Source: an uncultured Thermoanaerobaculia bacterium (GTDB lineage: Bacteria; Acidobacteriota; Thermoanaerobaculia; Gp7-AA8). Taken from it: 64,000 nucleotides of DNA. Below the pieces are notes generated by a model. The model was not told where the DNA came from. It saw nothing but the letters and a program-made list of their open reading frames with translations, and ran no database searches. The DNA is taken from positions 47,070-111,069 of the forward strand of contig CAZLGP010000143.1 in NCBI GenBank assembly GCA_964558905.1. Reading direction: 5' to 3'. A program made the position numbers and the translations under genes. Of the stretch, positions 36,794 through 51,661 are shown piece after piece (position 1 is the stretch's first letter; the number at the start of each line of letters is the position of its first letter).

Positions 36794-37459
36794 ATGGCCA
36801 TCGACAAGAAGAAGGTCCTCCGAGAGATCCGCATCTTCGTTCTCATGATCCTGATCGTCAGCTCGCTGCGGTCGGCGCTCGCCGACTGGAACGACGTCCC
36901 GACGGGCTCGATGAAGCCGACGATCCAGGAAGGCGACCGCGTCGTCGTCAACAAGCTCGCCTACGACCTCAAGGTCCCGTTCACGACGATCAAGATCGTC
37001 CAATGGGACGACCCGACGCGCGGCGACATCGTCGTGCTCTTCTCTCCCGTCGATGGGACGCGCCTCGTGAAGCGCGTCGTCGCAATTCCCGGAGACCAGG
37101 TCGAGATGCGCGACAATCAGCTCTTCATCAACGGCCGGATGGCGAGGCAGTCGCCGATCGCACTGACCTCCTCCGACGGGAGCTCGGCCGAGGTGCTCGC
37201 CGAGGATCTCTACGGCCACAACCATCAGGTCATGCTCACTCCGGAGATCCCCGCTGTCCGCTCCTTCGGTCCCATTGCGGTGCCGGAGGGAAACTACTTC
37301 GTTCTCGGGGACAACCGCGACAACAGCAATGACAGCCGCTTCATCGGTTTCATCGAGAGGCGGCGGATCGTCGGCAAGGCCGTCGCTGTGGCGTTCTCGC
37401 TCGATCGCTCGCGCTGGTTCATTCCGCGGATGGACCGCTTTTTCGAAGGTCTCAACTAA
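36794..37459 (+). CDS. lepB: Signal peptidase I
   Basis: GSMKPTI (Ser), VKRVVAIPGD (Lys), GDNRDNSNDSR. Confidence 0.93.
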   Translation: MAIDKKKVLREIRIFVLMILIVSSLRSALADWNDVPTGSMKPTIQEGDRVVVNKLAYDLKVPFTTIKIVQWDDPTRGDIVVLFSPVDGTRLVKRVVAIPGDQVEMRDNQLFINGRMARQSPIALTSSDGSSAEVLAEDLYGHNHQVMLTPEIPAVRSFGPIAVPEGNYFVLGDNRDNSNDSRFIGFIERRRIVGKAVAVAFSLDRSRWFIPRMDRFFEGLN

Positions 37460-37476
37460 TCTCGTCGCAGGAGAAA

Positions 37477-37947
37477 ATGTTCATGAGGAAACTCGCTGTC
37501 GTTGCCGTGCTCTGCATCGTGAGCCTGTCGCTCAGCGCTCAGATGAAAGTCCCGACCTCGCCGTCGCCGACCAAGAAGACGCCGCTCGCGGCATCGGGAG
37601 CGCGCGCCAACAACCCCGCGAACTTTCCCCGCATCAGCATCGAGGACGCGAAGAAGCTCTTCGCCGCAGACAGGGCGGTCTTCGTCGACGTCCGCTCGAA
37701 CGAGCAGTACACACTTGGCCACATCAAAGGCGCTCTGAGCATTCCCGGAAGCCAGCTCATCCGTCGCTTCAACGAAGTGCCACCCCGGAAGACGATCATC
37801 ACCTACTGCGCGTGCAGCGCCGAGCAGTCCAGCGGCCGCGCCGCCGCGGATCTCATGGCGCACGGCGTGAAGGACGTCTTCGCGCTCAAGGGTGGATGGA
37901 ACGACTGGAAGAACGACGGGCATCCCACGGCCGTCGGCTCGAAATAG
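37477..37947 (+). CDS. Exported rhodanese-like domain protein
   Basis: Signal peptide; FVDVR, GHIKGA, TYCAC, LKGGWNDW. Confidence 0.85.
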   Translation: MFMRKLAVVAVLCIVSLSLSAQMKVPTSPSPTKKTPLAASGARANNPANFPRISIEDAKKLFAADRAVFVDVRSNEQYTLGHIKGALSIPGSQLIRRFNEVPPRKTIITYCACSAEQSSGRAAADLMAHGVKDVFALKGGWNDWKNDGHPTAVGSK

Positions 37948-37961
37948 TCCTGGCACCATAG

Positions 37962-39269
<1,308 letters not shown>

Positions 39270-39275
39270 GCGTTC

Positions 39276-39356
39276 AGTAGGGTCAGACCCGGAAACTCTA
39301 CTTAAGCCGCCCACGCCGACCACCGCTTATGTAGAGTTTCCGGGTCTGACCCTACT
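39276..39356. terminator. 26-bp perfect inverted repeat (REP-like) between convergent eno and doc; probable bidirectional terminator
   Basis: AGTAGGGTCAGACCCGGAAACTCTAC ... GTAGAGTTTCCGGGTCTGACCCTACT. Confidence 0.75.
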
Positions 39357-39800
39357 TTAACTCGCGACGATCGACTTGGTGAGCGTGTCCTTCAGCTCCT
39401 GAAACACGTTCTCGGGCTGAATTCCCATCTCGCGGTAGGCGGCGGCGCGCTTGAGGAGCGTTTCGGCGGTCTTCTCGTCGAAGACGCGGGCATCGACGGT
39501 CTTGTCGTTCAGTTCGCAGAACGCGAGAAGCGAAGCGAGCGCGACGCGGCGGTTGCCGCCGCGGAACGGGCGCGCCTGCAGGAGCGCGAAGATGAAGGCC
39601 GCGGCTTTATCGGCGAAGCCGGGATAAGCCTCGCGGCCAAGAGTCGTGATCTGCGGCCTCTGTACGGCGTTGACGAGACCGAACTGAGACTCGACGACGC
39701 CGGGATGTGCCTGATTGCCGCCGAACTCGGTGCTGACCGCCTTGTGGAGCTCCACGACGTCCTGCACGGTGAGATACCGGATGCCCCGGCTGCCGTCAAT
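39357..39800 (-). CDS. Doc/Fic-family protein with degenerate active site; start codon uncertain (ATT 39800, ATC 39782, GTG 39767, or upstream ATG 40217)
   Basis: RYLTVQDVVELH...LVNAVQRPQ...AYPGFADKAAAFIFALLQARPFRGGNRRVA matches the Doc fold; the Fic motif reads RPFRGGNRR. Confidence 0.8.
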   Translation of the reverse strand: MDGSRGIRYLTVQDVVELHKAVSTEFGGNQAHPGVVESQFGLVNAVQRPQITTLGREAYPGFADKAAAFIFALLQARPFRGGNRRVALASLLAFCELNDKTVDARVFDEKTAETLLKRAAAYREMGIQPENVFQELKDTLTKSIVAS

Positions 39801-40224
39801 CGGTGAGCTTGCGGAAAGCGTTGGGATACTTCTTGAGAGCGCGCTTGAAGGCGGCGGCGATGGCGGCGTTGGTGAAGCCGGGGCCGGCAGTGTCTGGCGC
39901 GACCGCCGCGGCGGCTTGGCGGCCTTTGCCTTTTCCGCTGTTGCCGCCTTCTTTGGCTGGACTGCCTTTCTGGATACGAGCCGGACGGCTCTTTTCGGAG
40001 CTGGCTTGCTGCTTTTTGACGATTTTGGCCGCTTTGCTGCTTTCGCCGACTGCTTTGCTGCTGGTTTTGCCGGCTTTCCCGCTTTTGTCGGCTTTGCCGC
40101 CCGTTTTGCCGCCTTCGACGGCTTTGCCGCCCGTTTTGCCGACGGCTTTGGTACTGGCTTTTTTGGTCGCTGAGGCTTGGCTGCTTTTCGCTGTTTTGGC
40201 TTTTGCTTGGTCGCCATGCGTCAT
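39796..40224 (-). CDS. Lys/Ala/Gly-rich protein with C-terminal antitoxin-like helix (AFKRALKKYPNAFRKLTD)
   Basis: GAGG 7 nt before ATG 40224; the C-terminal 30 codons are GC3-biased in this frame; directly upstream of doc. Confidence 0.7.
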   Translation of the reverse strand: MTHGDQAKAKTAKSSQASATKKASTKAVGKTGGKAVEGGKTGGKADKSGKAGKTSSKAVGESSKAAKIVKKQQASSEKSRPARIQKGSPAKEGGNSGKGKGRQAAAAVAPDTAGPGFTNAAIAAAFKRALKKYPNAFRKLTD

Positions 40225-40242
40225 CTCAGTCCTCAGGCGACG

Positions 40243-40271
40243 AGTGTACCGCCGTTAAGTGACTGAGTCAA
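40243..40271 (-). promoter_or_regulatory. Sigma70 promoter TTGACT-N17-TACACT for the antitoxin-like/doc operon, overlapped by the palindrome TGACTGAGTCA
   Basis: -35 at 40271-40266, -10 at 40248-40243, exact 17-bp spacer; palindrome at 40260-40270. Confidence 0.7.
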
Positions 40272-40387
40272 TGGAGGTTACGCGTCGGTCAGTGTTTGAC
40301 CCACCGAAACTGGAGCATGATCACAGCACGTAAGTGATTGAAACGGTGCAACTTATCTGGATTGCAACCTGCCCCGAAACGTGTGCA

Positions 40388-40693
40388 TCAAACGCCGCTT
40401 GCCTGCGGGGTTGCAACGGCAGATGCGCCGGCTTCGCTGGTTTCCGCGACCTCCGGCTTGGCGTCGATCGCAAGAAGCTCCTTGGCTTTCGACGTGACGG
40501 TGAAGGTGTCGCCCTCGCCGGTCAGGAAGCCCTTTCCGACCAGTGAAGCGGCCGGCGCTTCGCCGAGTGCGCCCTCGGGATGCTTGATCGCCTTGAGCGC
40601 CTCGAGAGGAAGGGTGTCGGCGGTGAGCCGGCGGAACTCCTGGAGCACGCGGATCTCGGCGGGTGTGAGGCCATTCGGGAGGATGATCGGCAT
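40388..40693 (-). CDS. Small hypothetical protein (winged-helix-like)
   Basis: Coding-like codon usage; TATAAT 8 nt upstream of the ATG. Confidence 0.75.
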   Translation of the reverse strand: MPIILPNGLTPAEIRVLQEFRRLTADTLPLEALKAIKHPEGALGEAPAASLVGKGFLTGEGDTFTVTSKAKELLAIDAKPEVAETSEAGASAVATPQASGV

Positions 40694-40707
40694 GCGGCGG
40701 GATTATA

Positions 40708-40780
40708 AGTGCTGAGTGCTGAGTGCTGGGTGCTGCGTGGGTGGCCGGGACTCAGCACCCAGCACCCAGCACTCAGCACT
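40708..40780. repeat. Inverted pair of 7-mer arrays (GTGCTGR)n ... (YCAGCAC)n overlapping the nei stop codon
   Basis: Directly visible. Confidence 0.9.
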
Positions 40781-41556
40781 GGCACGCGGGACACCAGTAC
40801 GTCCCGCGCGCATCGGGTCCCTGCTTCGCGTACTGAATCTTCGCTCCGCACCGGAGGCACGGCTTTCCGCCGCGGCTGTAGACGTACTGCTTCGTTCGGG
40901 GGTCGAGGCGAAACGTCGTGACGCGGGCAGGCGAGCGCTTCGCGACGTTCGCGAGCATCACCTTTCTCGCGGTCTCCAGGATTCTGTCGAGTTGCTCGTC
41001 ATTCAGTTCGCCGACGCGTGCGAACGGGCTCACGCGCGCCATGAAGAGCACCTCGCTCTTGAATTCGTTGCCGATCCCGGACACGACGCGTTGATTGAGA
41101 AGCACATCGGCGATCTCGCTGTCGGCGCGCGCGCGGATGCGACGGCGCGCTTCGTCGAGATCAGGCGCGTTGCCGAGAAGATCGGGACCGAGGTTGCGGA
41201 GATCGTCCTGCCGTTCGAGGGAGCGCGAGTCGTGCAACTCCGCGACCGGCACGTTGAAGGCGACCGCCACCCAAGCATCCGTCTCCAGCACGATGCGCAT
41301 GTCGCCGCGCCGCATCCGCCAGCGCTCGCCCGGCTTGTAAATGTGCCACGAGCCGTTCATGCGCATGTGCGTCCGCAGATGCAGGTCGCCGGAGAAATGC
41401 ATGAGCAGGTTCTTCCCGGCGGCATCGACACGCTCGATGGTGCGGCCGGCGACGTCGACGCGGGCGAGTTGCGGGAACACGGTTTCGAACCGGGTCACGA
41501 TCCGGCCGGCCAGCGCCGCGTGCAGAGTCCGCGCGGCACGATGAATCGTGTCGCCT

Positions 41557-41564
<8 letters not shown>
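40773..41564 (-). CDS. nei: Fpg/Nei-family DNA glycosylase (endonuclease VIII-like)
   Basis: N-terminal MPEGDTI, H2TH SGIGNEFKSE, zinc finger CLRC...CPACQ; start overlaps the lhr stop. Confidence 0.92.
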
Positions 41565-46122
<4,558 letters not shown>

Positions 46123-46183
46123 TGTGAGCGATGTCACTTCGCTGGACAACCCGTGTGGCGACTGCAAGAATAGTAGCTCGTGC

Positions 46184-46337
46184 CTCATCCAGACTGCTTC
46201 CATGAGTGCTTTGCGGCGGCGGCGGACCGTCTGCTTCGTTGCCGCTCCTCACCGATGTCCCCGCATCGCCTCGTCGCGGCGCCTCGCATTCGGCCCACCG
46301 CCGCTCGCAAATCACCCATGGAAGCAATCCGGATGAG
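46184..46337 (-). other. About 154-nt long imperfect hairpin between divergent lhr and phosphodiesterase genes; candidate structured RNA or MITE-like element
   Basis: About 45-bp arms (CTCATCCAGACTGCTTCCATGAGTG... / ...CACCCATGGAAGCAATCCGGATGAG); most mismatches become G-U pairs on the minus strand. Confidence 0.6.
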
Positions 46338-46369
46338 TCCCCCATCGCAAAGAGAGTGAAGGACGGGAG

Positions 46370-47134
46370 ATGCGGCTCAAGGTGCTCGGCGCGTACGGAG
46401 CGTCGGATGCAGAACACAATCTGACCGGGTACCTGATCGACGACTGGTTCGCGGTGGATGCCGGCACCCTCACCTCGAAGCTGTCCTTCGCGCAGCAGAG
46501 CCGCGTCCAGGCGGTATTCATCACCCATCCGCACGCCGATCACATCCGCGATCTGCCGCATCTGATCCACAACCGGTTCTCCCAGCCGACCACACCACTG
46601 ACCATCTTCGCATCGAAAGACGTCCTCGAGCTGCTCATCCGCGACGTCTTCAACGGTATCGTCTGGCCCGACTTCTCCGAGATCGTCTCACCGATCAACA
46701 ACAAGCCCGCCGTGCAGTATCGCGCGCTCACGAATGGCAAGCGGATCGTCTTCAACGACGTCGGCATCACCGCCGTTCCCGTCGATCACCAGATCCCCGC
46801 CTCGGGCGTCCTGCTGGAGATGAACGGCCAGTCGATCGTCTTCACCGGCGACACCGGGCCGACCCAGGAGATCTGGAAGCGGACGAACAAGCTGGCGAAT
46901 GTCGTCGCCATCGTGACCGAGGCGTCATTCCCGAACGACCAGCAACAGCTCGCGGACGAGACAGCGCATCTGTCGCCGAACACTTTCGGCGAGGAACTGA
47001 AGAAGATCACCGTCGACGCGCCCGTGTACGCCAGCCACCGCAAGATCCCGTTCGAGCGCGAGATCGAATCGCAGATCAGGAATCTGCGCGATCGGCGCGC
47101 GCGGGTGTTGCTGGAGAAGAACTACACGCTGTGA
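46370..47134 (+). CDS. MBL-fold metallohydrolase, class II 3',5'-cyclic-nucleotide phosphodiesterase-like
   Basis: VDAGT, ITHPHADHIRDL, IFNG..WPDF-like FNGIVWPDF, VDH, FTGDTGPT, TEASFPN, HLSP. Confidence 0.82.
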   Translation: MRLKVLGAYGASDAEHNLTGYLIDDWFAVDAGTLTSKLSFAQQSRVQAVFITHPHADHIRDLPHLIHNRFSQPTTPLTIFASKDVLELLIRDVFNGIVWPDFSEIVSPINNKPAVQYRALTNGKRIVFNDVGITAVPVDHQIPASGVLLEMNGQSIVFTGDTGPTQEIWKRTNKLANVVAIVTEASFPNDQQQLADETAHLSPNTFGEELKKITVDAPVYASHRKIPFEREIESQIRNLRDRRARVLLEKNYTL

Positions 47135-47140
47135 GGCGGG

Positions 47141-47191
47141 AGTGCTGGGTGCTGAGTCACCAGCGCCCAGAGCCACGCAGCACCCAGCACT
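47141..47191. repeat. Inverted 7-mer element (GTGCTGR / YCAGCAC) between convergent genes
   Basis: Same unit as the 40708-40780 element. Confidence 0.75.
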
Positions 47192-49172
47192 ATCGAATCC
47201 CCAGCTCGCGATAGATCGCCGCCGGGTCATATACCTTCCCGTCCTTCACGACTCGCACCACACGCCGAATGTCGCTGATGTTCCGCGTCGGATCGCCGTC
47301 CACGATGATGAAGTCCGCGAGCTTCCCCGGCTCGATCGTGCCGAGGTCCTGATCGCGCTTCATCACCTGCGCGGGCACGAGGGTCGCGATGCGGAGCACC
47401 TCCACCGGCGGAATGCCCGCCTGCACATAGAGCTCGAGCTCGCGATGGAGCGTGAAGCCCGCGAGGCCGTCCGTGCCGGGAACGATCGTCACGCCCCCGC
47501 GATGCAGTTCTCCGATCAGCTCGACCATCTTCGCGTACGAGTCGCGGTAGCGCTGGTCCATCCCTTCCGGAACGGGCAGTCCGCCGGTGAGCAGATAGCG
47601 GCGGATCTGCGGCGGCAGGCGGTCCGCGAGCATCGCGTAACTCGGAGAGAGGGAGCCCGGTCGCGCGGTGAACATTCCTTCGAACACGGCCGCGGTCGGA
47701 TCGACGACCACGTTCTTCTCCCGCAGCTTCGCGATGAACGCCTGCACCTCGGCGGACGTCAGATCGAGATCGGCACCACGCTTCGCCGGCTCCGTGAAAC
47801 GCGCGGGCGTCCGCGTGTCGGTGACGTCCGGCATGAAGTTCAGCATGAGCATATTGATGTGCTGGATCTCGTCGTAGCCGGCGTCGACCGCGTTCTCGGC
47901 GCGCATTCCGGCCGGAATGTGTCCGCTGACTCGAAGGCCGTTCTCGTGGGCGTACTTCGTCAGAAACGGCACGAGCTCCGGCTTGATCGACGAGTAGATC
48001 TTCAGTCCTTCGTACTTGCGGCTGAGGAGGAAGTCGATGGCCTTCTTCGCTTCGTCCTCGGTCGCGGCGAGGAGGTTCGTCGGCCCCTGGAACGGTCCTG
48101 GCCCGTCGACGAGTCCCGCGAGGACGAGACGGGGGCCGATCGCCTCGCCGGCGTCGATCTTCTCTTTGAGCGCGACGATCGTGTCGCTGTCGTTGCCGAG
48201 GTCGCGGGCGGACGTGATTCCGGCGGCGATGTTCAGCATCCCATCGACGTCGCCCATGTGTACGTGCATGTCCCACAGACCGGGCAGCAGCACGCCGCCC
48301 TTCGCGTCGATGAATTCGCCGGCGCTGTACGGACTGTCGTTGCCGACGGTCGCGATGCGATCTCCGGAGGTGACGATCGTCGTTGGCTCGCTGAGCGTGA
48401 GTGTGCGCGGATCGAACACGCGCGCGTTCACGACGATCATGCGCACGGGGGAGATCGTCAGCCTCTCCGCGAGCTCCGCCGCCCGCGCCTGCGCTCGCGC
48501 GTCCTGTGCGTCGATGAGCTTCTTCGTGTCGCCTTCGAACCCCTCGCGAATCGCGGACGACCACGAGGAGACCGTGCCGAAGAGATTGAGGTCATCTTCG
48601 AGCCAGACCTCGTACGGCGTGAATCCGAGTCCGCCGATCTCGTATGCGGTGACGTGCGTGCCGCGGAGCGTTTCCTCGCCGGCCTTGCGGATCGTGGCCT
48701 TGCCGCCTGGATGCAGCGCGAGGCTTCCGCCGGCCTTCAACAATGCCCGCGCCAGCACCGCCGACTCCTCGGGCGGACCGTACATCGACGAGTAGAACGC
48801 GCCTGCGTTCCCTTCCCCCGACTCCGACGTGTTCCTCCACGTGACCGTATCGCCGGACGTGGTGAGTCGCTCTTCGACGGGTGTCTTCAGGTAGTCGTTC
48901 CCCGTCGTCAGGAGCGAGACAGGGATGCCACGCTCGTCGACACGCATCACCGTATGCAGCTTCGGTCCCCGGCCGCGGTCGTTGAACTCGAAATCGACGA
49001 TCGTCTCGTCGCCGCGCGTCGTGACGACCTGCGAGCCCGCCTTGTTCGTGCTCATCAGCACCGTGTAGCGGCGGGTCTGCTCTTCCTGCGGTTGCTGTTG
49101 CGTCGTCGTCGGCCGGCTCGCGCACGCGGCGGCGAAAAGAGCGAAAACCAGGAGTCTATTTGTATGCATCAT
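47190..49172 (-). CDS. Lipoprotein amidohydrolase-family protein
   Basis: Lipobox FAAAC; PGLWDMHVH, GLKIY, SGH, IQH, PGTDG, GTIEPGKLADFIIVDGDP. Confidence 0.88.
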   Translation of the reverse strand: MMHTNRLLVFALFAAACASRPTTTQQQPQEEQTRRYTVLMSTNKAGSQVVTTRGDETIVDFEFNDRGRGPKLHTVMRVDERGIPVSLLTTGNDYLKTPVEERLTTSGDTVTWRNTSESGEGNAGAFYSSMYGPPEESAVLARALLKAGGSLALHPGGKATIRKAGEETLRGTHVTAYEIGGLGFTPYEVWLEDDLNLFGTVSSWSSAIREGFEGDTKKLIDAQDARAQARAAELAERLTISPVRMIVVNARVFDPRTLTLSEPTTIVTSGDRIATVGNDSPYSAGEFIDAKGGVLLPGLWDMHVHMGDVDGMLNIAAGITSARDLGNDSDTIVALKEKIDAGEAIGPRLVLAGLVDGPGPFQGPTNLLAATEDEAKKAIDFLLSRKYEGLKIYSSIKPELVPFLTKYAHENGLRVSGHIPAGMRAENAVDAGYDEIQHINMLMLNFMPDVTDTRTPARFTEPAKRGADLDLTSAEVQAFIAKLREKNVVVDPTAAVFEGMFTARPGSLSPSYAMLADRLPPQIRRYLLTGGLPVPEGMDQRYRDSYAKMVELIGELHRGGVTIVPGTDGLAGFTLHRELELYVQAGIPPVEVLRIATLVPAQVMKRDQDLGTIEPGKLADFIIVDGDPTRNISDIRRVVRVVKDGKVYDPAAIYRELGIR

Positions 49173-49354
49173 CCGATCTCTCCCAGGCAAATGAGACAGC
49201 AGTGCGAACAGCGCGAATACGCCGCGCTCTCGGAGGATTCGTCGGCGGCGCAAGAGAGATGAAAGGATAAGGGAAAAGGTAGAAATGGCTGCGGTCGCGG
49301 CGCCCTCGTACCTTTCCCTTTGCCTTTCTCCGGAGACTAAAATGCCGGCCTCCG

Positions 49355-50239
49355 ATGCCGCGTCCTTCCGTCTCCGTCATCATCCACACCCTCAACGAGG
49401 CCGAGCAGATCGAGGAGTGCCTCCGCTCGGTCGAATGGGCGGATGAGATCTATCTCGTCGACTCCCTCTCCACAGACGGCACGGTGCAGCGCGTCCGCGA
49501 GAAGTTTCCTCTGGCGCGCGTCGAGGAGCGCGAATACCTCGGCGCCGCCTCGACCAAGAACTTCGCCATCGACCGCGCCGCATACGACTGGATCTTCGTC
49601 ATCGATGCCGACGAGCGCGTGACGCCCGAGCTACGCGACGAGATCCTCCGCACGCTCGCAGGTCCGCTGGACGTCTGGGCCTACTCTGTCGGCCGACGCA
49701 ACTTCATGCTGGCGAAGGAAGTCCGCTTCAGCGGCCTGCAGCGCGACCGCGTCACGCGTCTGTTTCACCGCGAGCACGCGCGCTATCCGAACAAGCGCGT
49801 GCACGCGGACCTGCTCGTGGACGGCGCCACCGCCGATCTGCGGCACAAGATGCTGCACTTCTACATCCGCTCGTTCGATCACATGATCGCGAAGATGACC
49901 CGCTACGCGAACTGGGGCGCCGCGCAGATGTTCATCGACGGGAAGACCACCAACGCATGGGGAATCTTCAGTCACGCCTTCACGAAGCTCGTCCGCGACT
50001 ACGTCTTCAATCTCGGCTTCCTCGACGGCGCCCGCGGTGTGATCTCCGTCGGCATGCACGTGTACTACACGTTCTGGAAGTACGCGAAGCTCTGGGAGCT
50101 CCAGCAACTGAAGCGGCTTGGGAAGCCGGTGCCTCTCCCAAAGCTCGACGAAGAAGGCGAGCGGTGGGAGCTGCCGTGGCTCAGAAGGCAGGGCGCAGAG
50201 GGGAGAAGGCAGGGCGCAGAGGGCAGAGGGCAGAAGTAA
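49355..50239 (+). CDS. Glycosyltransferase family 2 (LgtF/WaaE-like)
   Basis: SVIIHTLNE, VDSLSTDGT, WIFVIDADE; the C-terminal RRQGAEG repeats are encoded by a repeat element. Confidence 0.88.
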   Translation: MPRPSVSVIIHTLNEAEQIEECLRSVEWADEIYLVDSLSTDGTVQRVREKFPLARVEEREYLGAASTKNFAIDRAAYDWIFVIDADERVTPELRDEILRTLAGPLDVWAYSVGRRNFMLAKEVRFSGLQRDRVTRLFHREHARYPNKRVHADLLVDGATADLRHKMLHFYIRSFDHMIAKMTRYANWGAAQMFIDGKTTNAWGIFSHAFTKLVRDYVFNLGFLDGARGVISVGMHVYYTFWKYAKLWELQQLKRLGKPVPLPKLDEEGERWELPWLRRQGAEGRRQGAEGRGQK

Positions 50240-50284
50240 CAGCCGTCGTCTTCTTCTGCCCTCTGCCCTCTGCGCTCTGCCCTC
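50183..50284. repeat. Inverted 7-mer arrays (CAGAGGG)n ... (CCCTCTG)n overlapping the GT2 3' end
   Basis: Directly visible. Confidence 0.85.
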
Positions 50285-50288
50285 CAAA

Positions 50289-50378
50289 CTAATCCGCCGG
50301 GTCCACCATCACCCGCAACCCCTCGACCTCGCGCTAATCCGCCGGGTCCACCATCACCCGCAACCCCTCGACCTCGCG
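50289..50378. repeat. Exact 45-bp tandem duplication of the nfeD 3' end including its stop codon
   Basis: CTAATCCGCCGGGTCCACCATCACCCGCAACCCCTCGACCTCGCG at 50289-50333 and 50334-50378. Confidence 0.92.
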
Positions 50379-51605
50379 CACGCGCACGCGCGCTCCCTCG
50401 GCGATGTCCGATCGTGCGGTCGCGTTCCAGAGCTCGCCGTGCACGAAGACCTTGCCGTCCGGACCGAGAGCCGTGCGCGCCACGCCGATCTCTCCGACCA
50501 TGGCCTCGACGCCTGTGGCGACGCGATTTTTGTGCGCGCGCATCACCAGCGTCATCAGAAAGACCGCGATCGCGCCGACCGGGACGCTCACGATCAGCGC
50601 GGTGATCAGGTTCACGCGCATCTCCGGGATCGGTCCGTCCACGAGCAGCATCGCGCCGAAGATCATGCAGATCACACCTCCGGCGCCGAGTACGCCATAG
50701 GACGTGTACTTCGCCTCGAGGGCGAAGAGGAGAAACGCGGCGAGGATCAGCGCGATCGCGGCGAAGCGCGTCGGCAGGAGGTTCAGCGCGAAGGCAGCCA
50801 GGAGGATCGCGATCAGACCGACCACGCCGGGCAGGATCGCGCCGGGATTGTTGAACTCCGCCCACAGCGCGAGCATGCCGAGGGACATGAGGATGAAGGC
50901 GACGTTCGGATCCATGATCCACGAGAGCAGCCGCTGCTTGAGCGACATCTCGAAGTTCACGATCGGTTTGTTCGCGACGTTCAGAACGGTCGTCGTTCCG
51001 TTGAAGCGCTTGATGGTCCTGCCGTCGGCCCAGCGGATGAGCGACGGGATGTCCGCGGCCACCACGTCGATGAGCCTCAGCCGCAGGGCCTCGTCTTCGG
51101 TGAACGACTTCGCCTCGCGCACGGCGCTCTCGGCCACGGCGACGTTGCGGCCACGCCGCTGGGCGATGCTGCGCATGAACGCCGCGGCGTCGTTCTGCAT
51201 CTTCATCTTCAGGATCTCGTCGATCTTCTCGCCGCCGATGACCACCGGATGCGCGGCGCCGGTGTTGGTACCAGGCGCCATGGCCGCGATGTCGGCGGAC
51301 TCGAGGATGAAGAAACCGGCCGACGCGGCCCGCGAGCCGCTGGGACCGACCCAGACGAGGACCGGCACGGGCGACTTGATGATCTTCTCGACGATCGCCC
51401 TCATCGAGGTCTCGAGACCGCCCGGCGTGCGGAGCTCGATGAGCACGGCGTCGGCGTTGAGCCGCGCGGCCTCGTCCAGGGCGCGGCCGACGTACTCGTC
51501 GGAGATCGGGTGGATCATGTTGTCCAGCTCGACGCGGATGAGGTCCGCCGCGGCGGGGCCGGCGATGAGGACCAGGAGCACGGCGAGGACGACGACGTTT
51601 CTCAT
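50334..51605 (-). CDS. nfeD: Long-form NfeD (ClpP-class membrane serine protease domain, TM region, OB fold)
   Basis: LRTPGG, RAASAG (catalytic Ser), APGTNTGAAHPV, GKVFVHGELWNA. Confidence 0.9.
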   Translation of the reverse strand: MRNVVVLAVLLVLIAGPAAADLIRVELDNMIHPISDEYVGRALDEAARLNADAVLIELRTPGGLETSMRAIVEKIIKSPVPVLVWVGPSGSRAASAGFFILESADIAAMAPGTNTGAAHPVVIGGEKIDEILKMKMQNDAAAFMRSIAQRRGRNVAVAESAVREAKSFTEDEALRLRLIDVVAADIPSLIRWADGRTIKRFNGTTTVLNVANKPIVNFEMSLKQRLLSWIMDPNVAFILMSLGMLALWAEFNNPGAILPGVVGLIAILLAAFALNLLPTRFAAIALILAAFLLFALEAKYTSYGVLGAGGVICMIFGAMLLVDGPIPEMRVNLITALIVSVPVGAIAVFLMTLVMRAHKNRVATGVEAMVGEIGVARTALGPDGKVFVHGELWNATARSDIAEGARVRVREVEGLRVMVDPAD

Positions 51606-51661
51606 GTGCAATCGCTCCTCTCATGGGAACGCGACTGTTTTCACTTAGGATTCCTTCCGGC

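Noticed and set aside
37477-37947. Selenoprotein rhodanese
   Set aside because: The CAC motif uses TGC codons; there is no in-frame TGA
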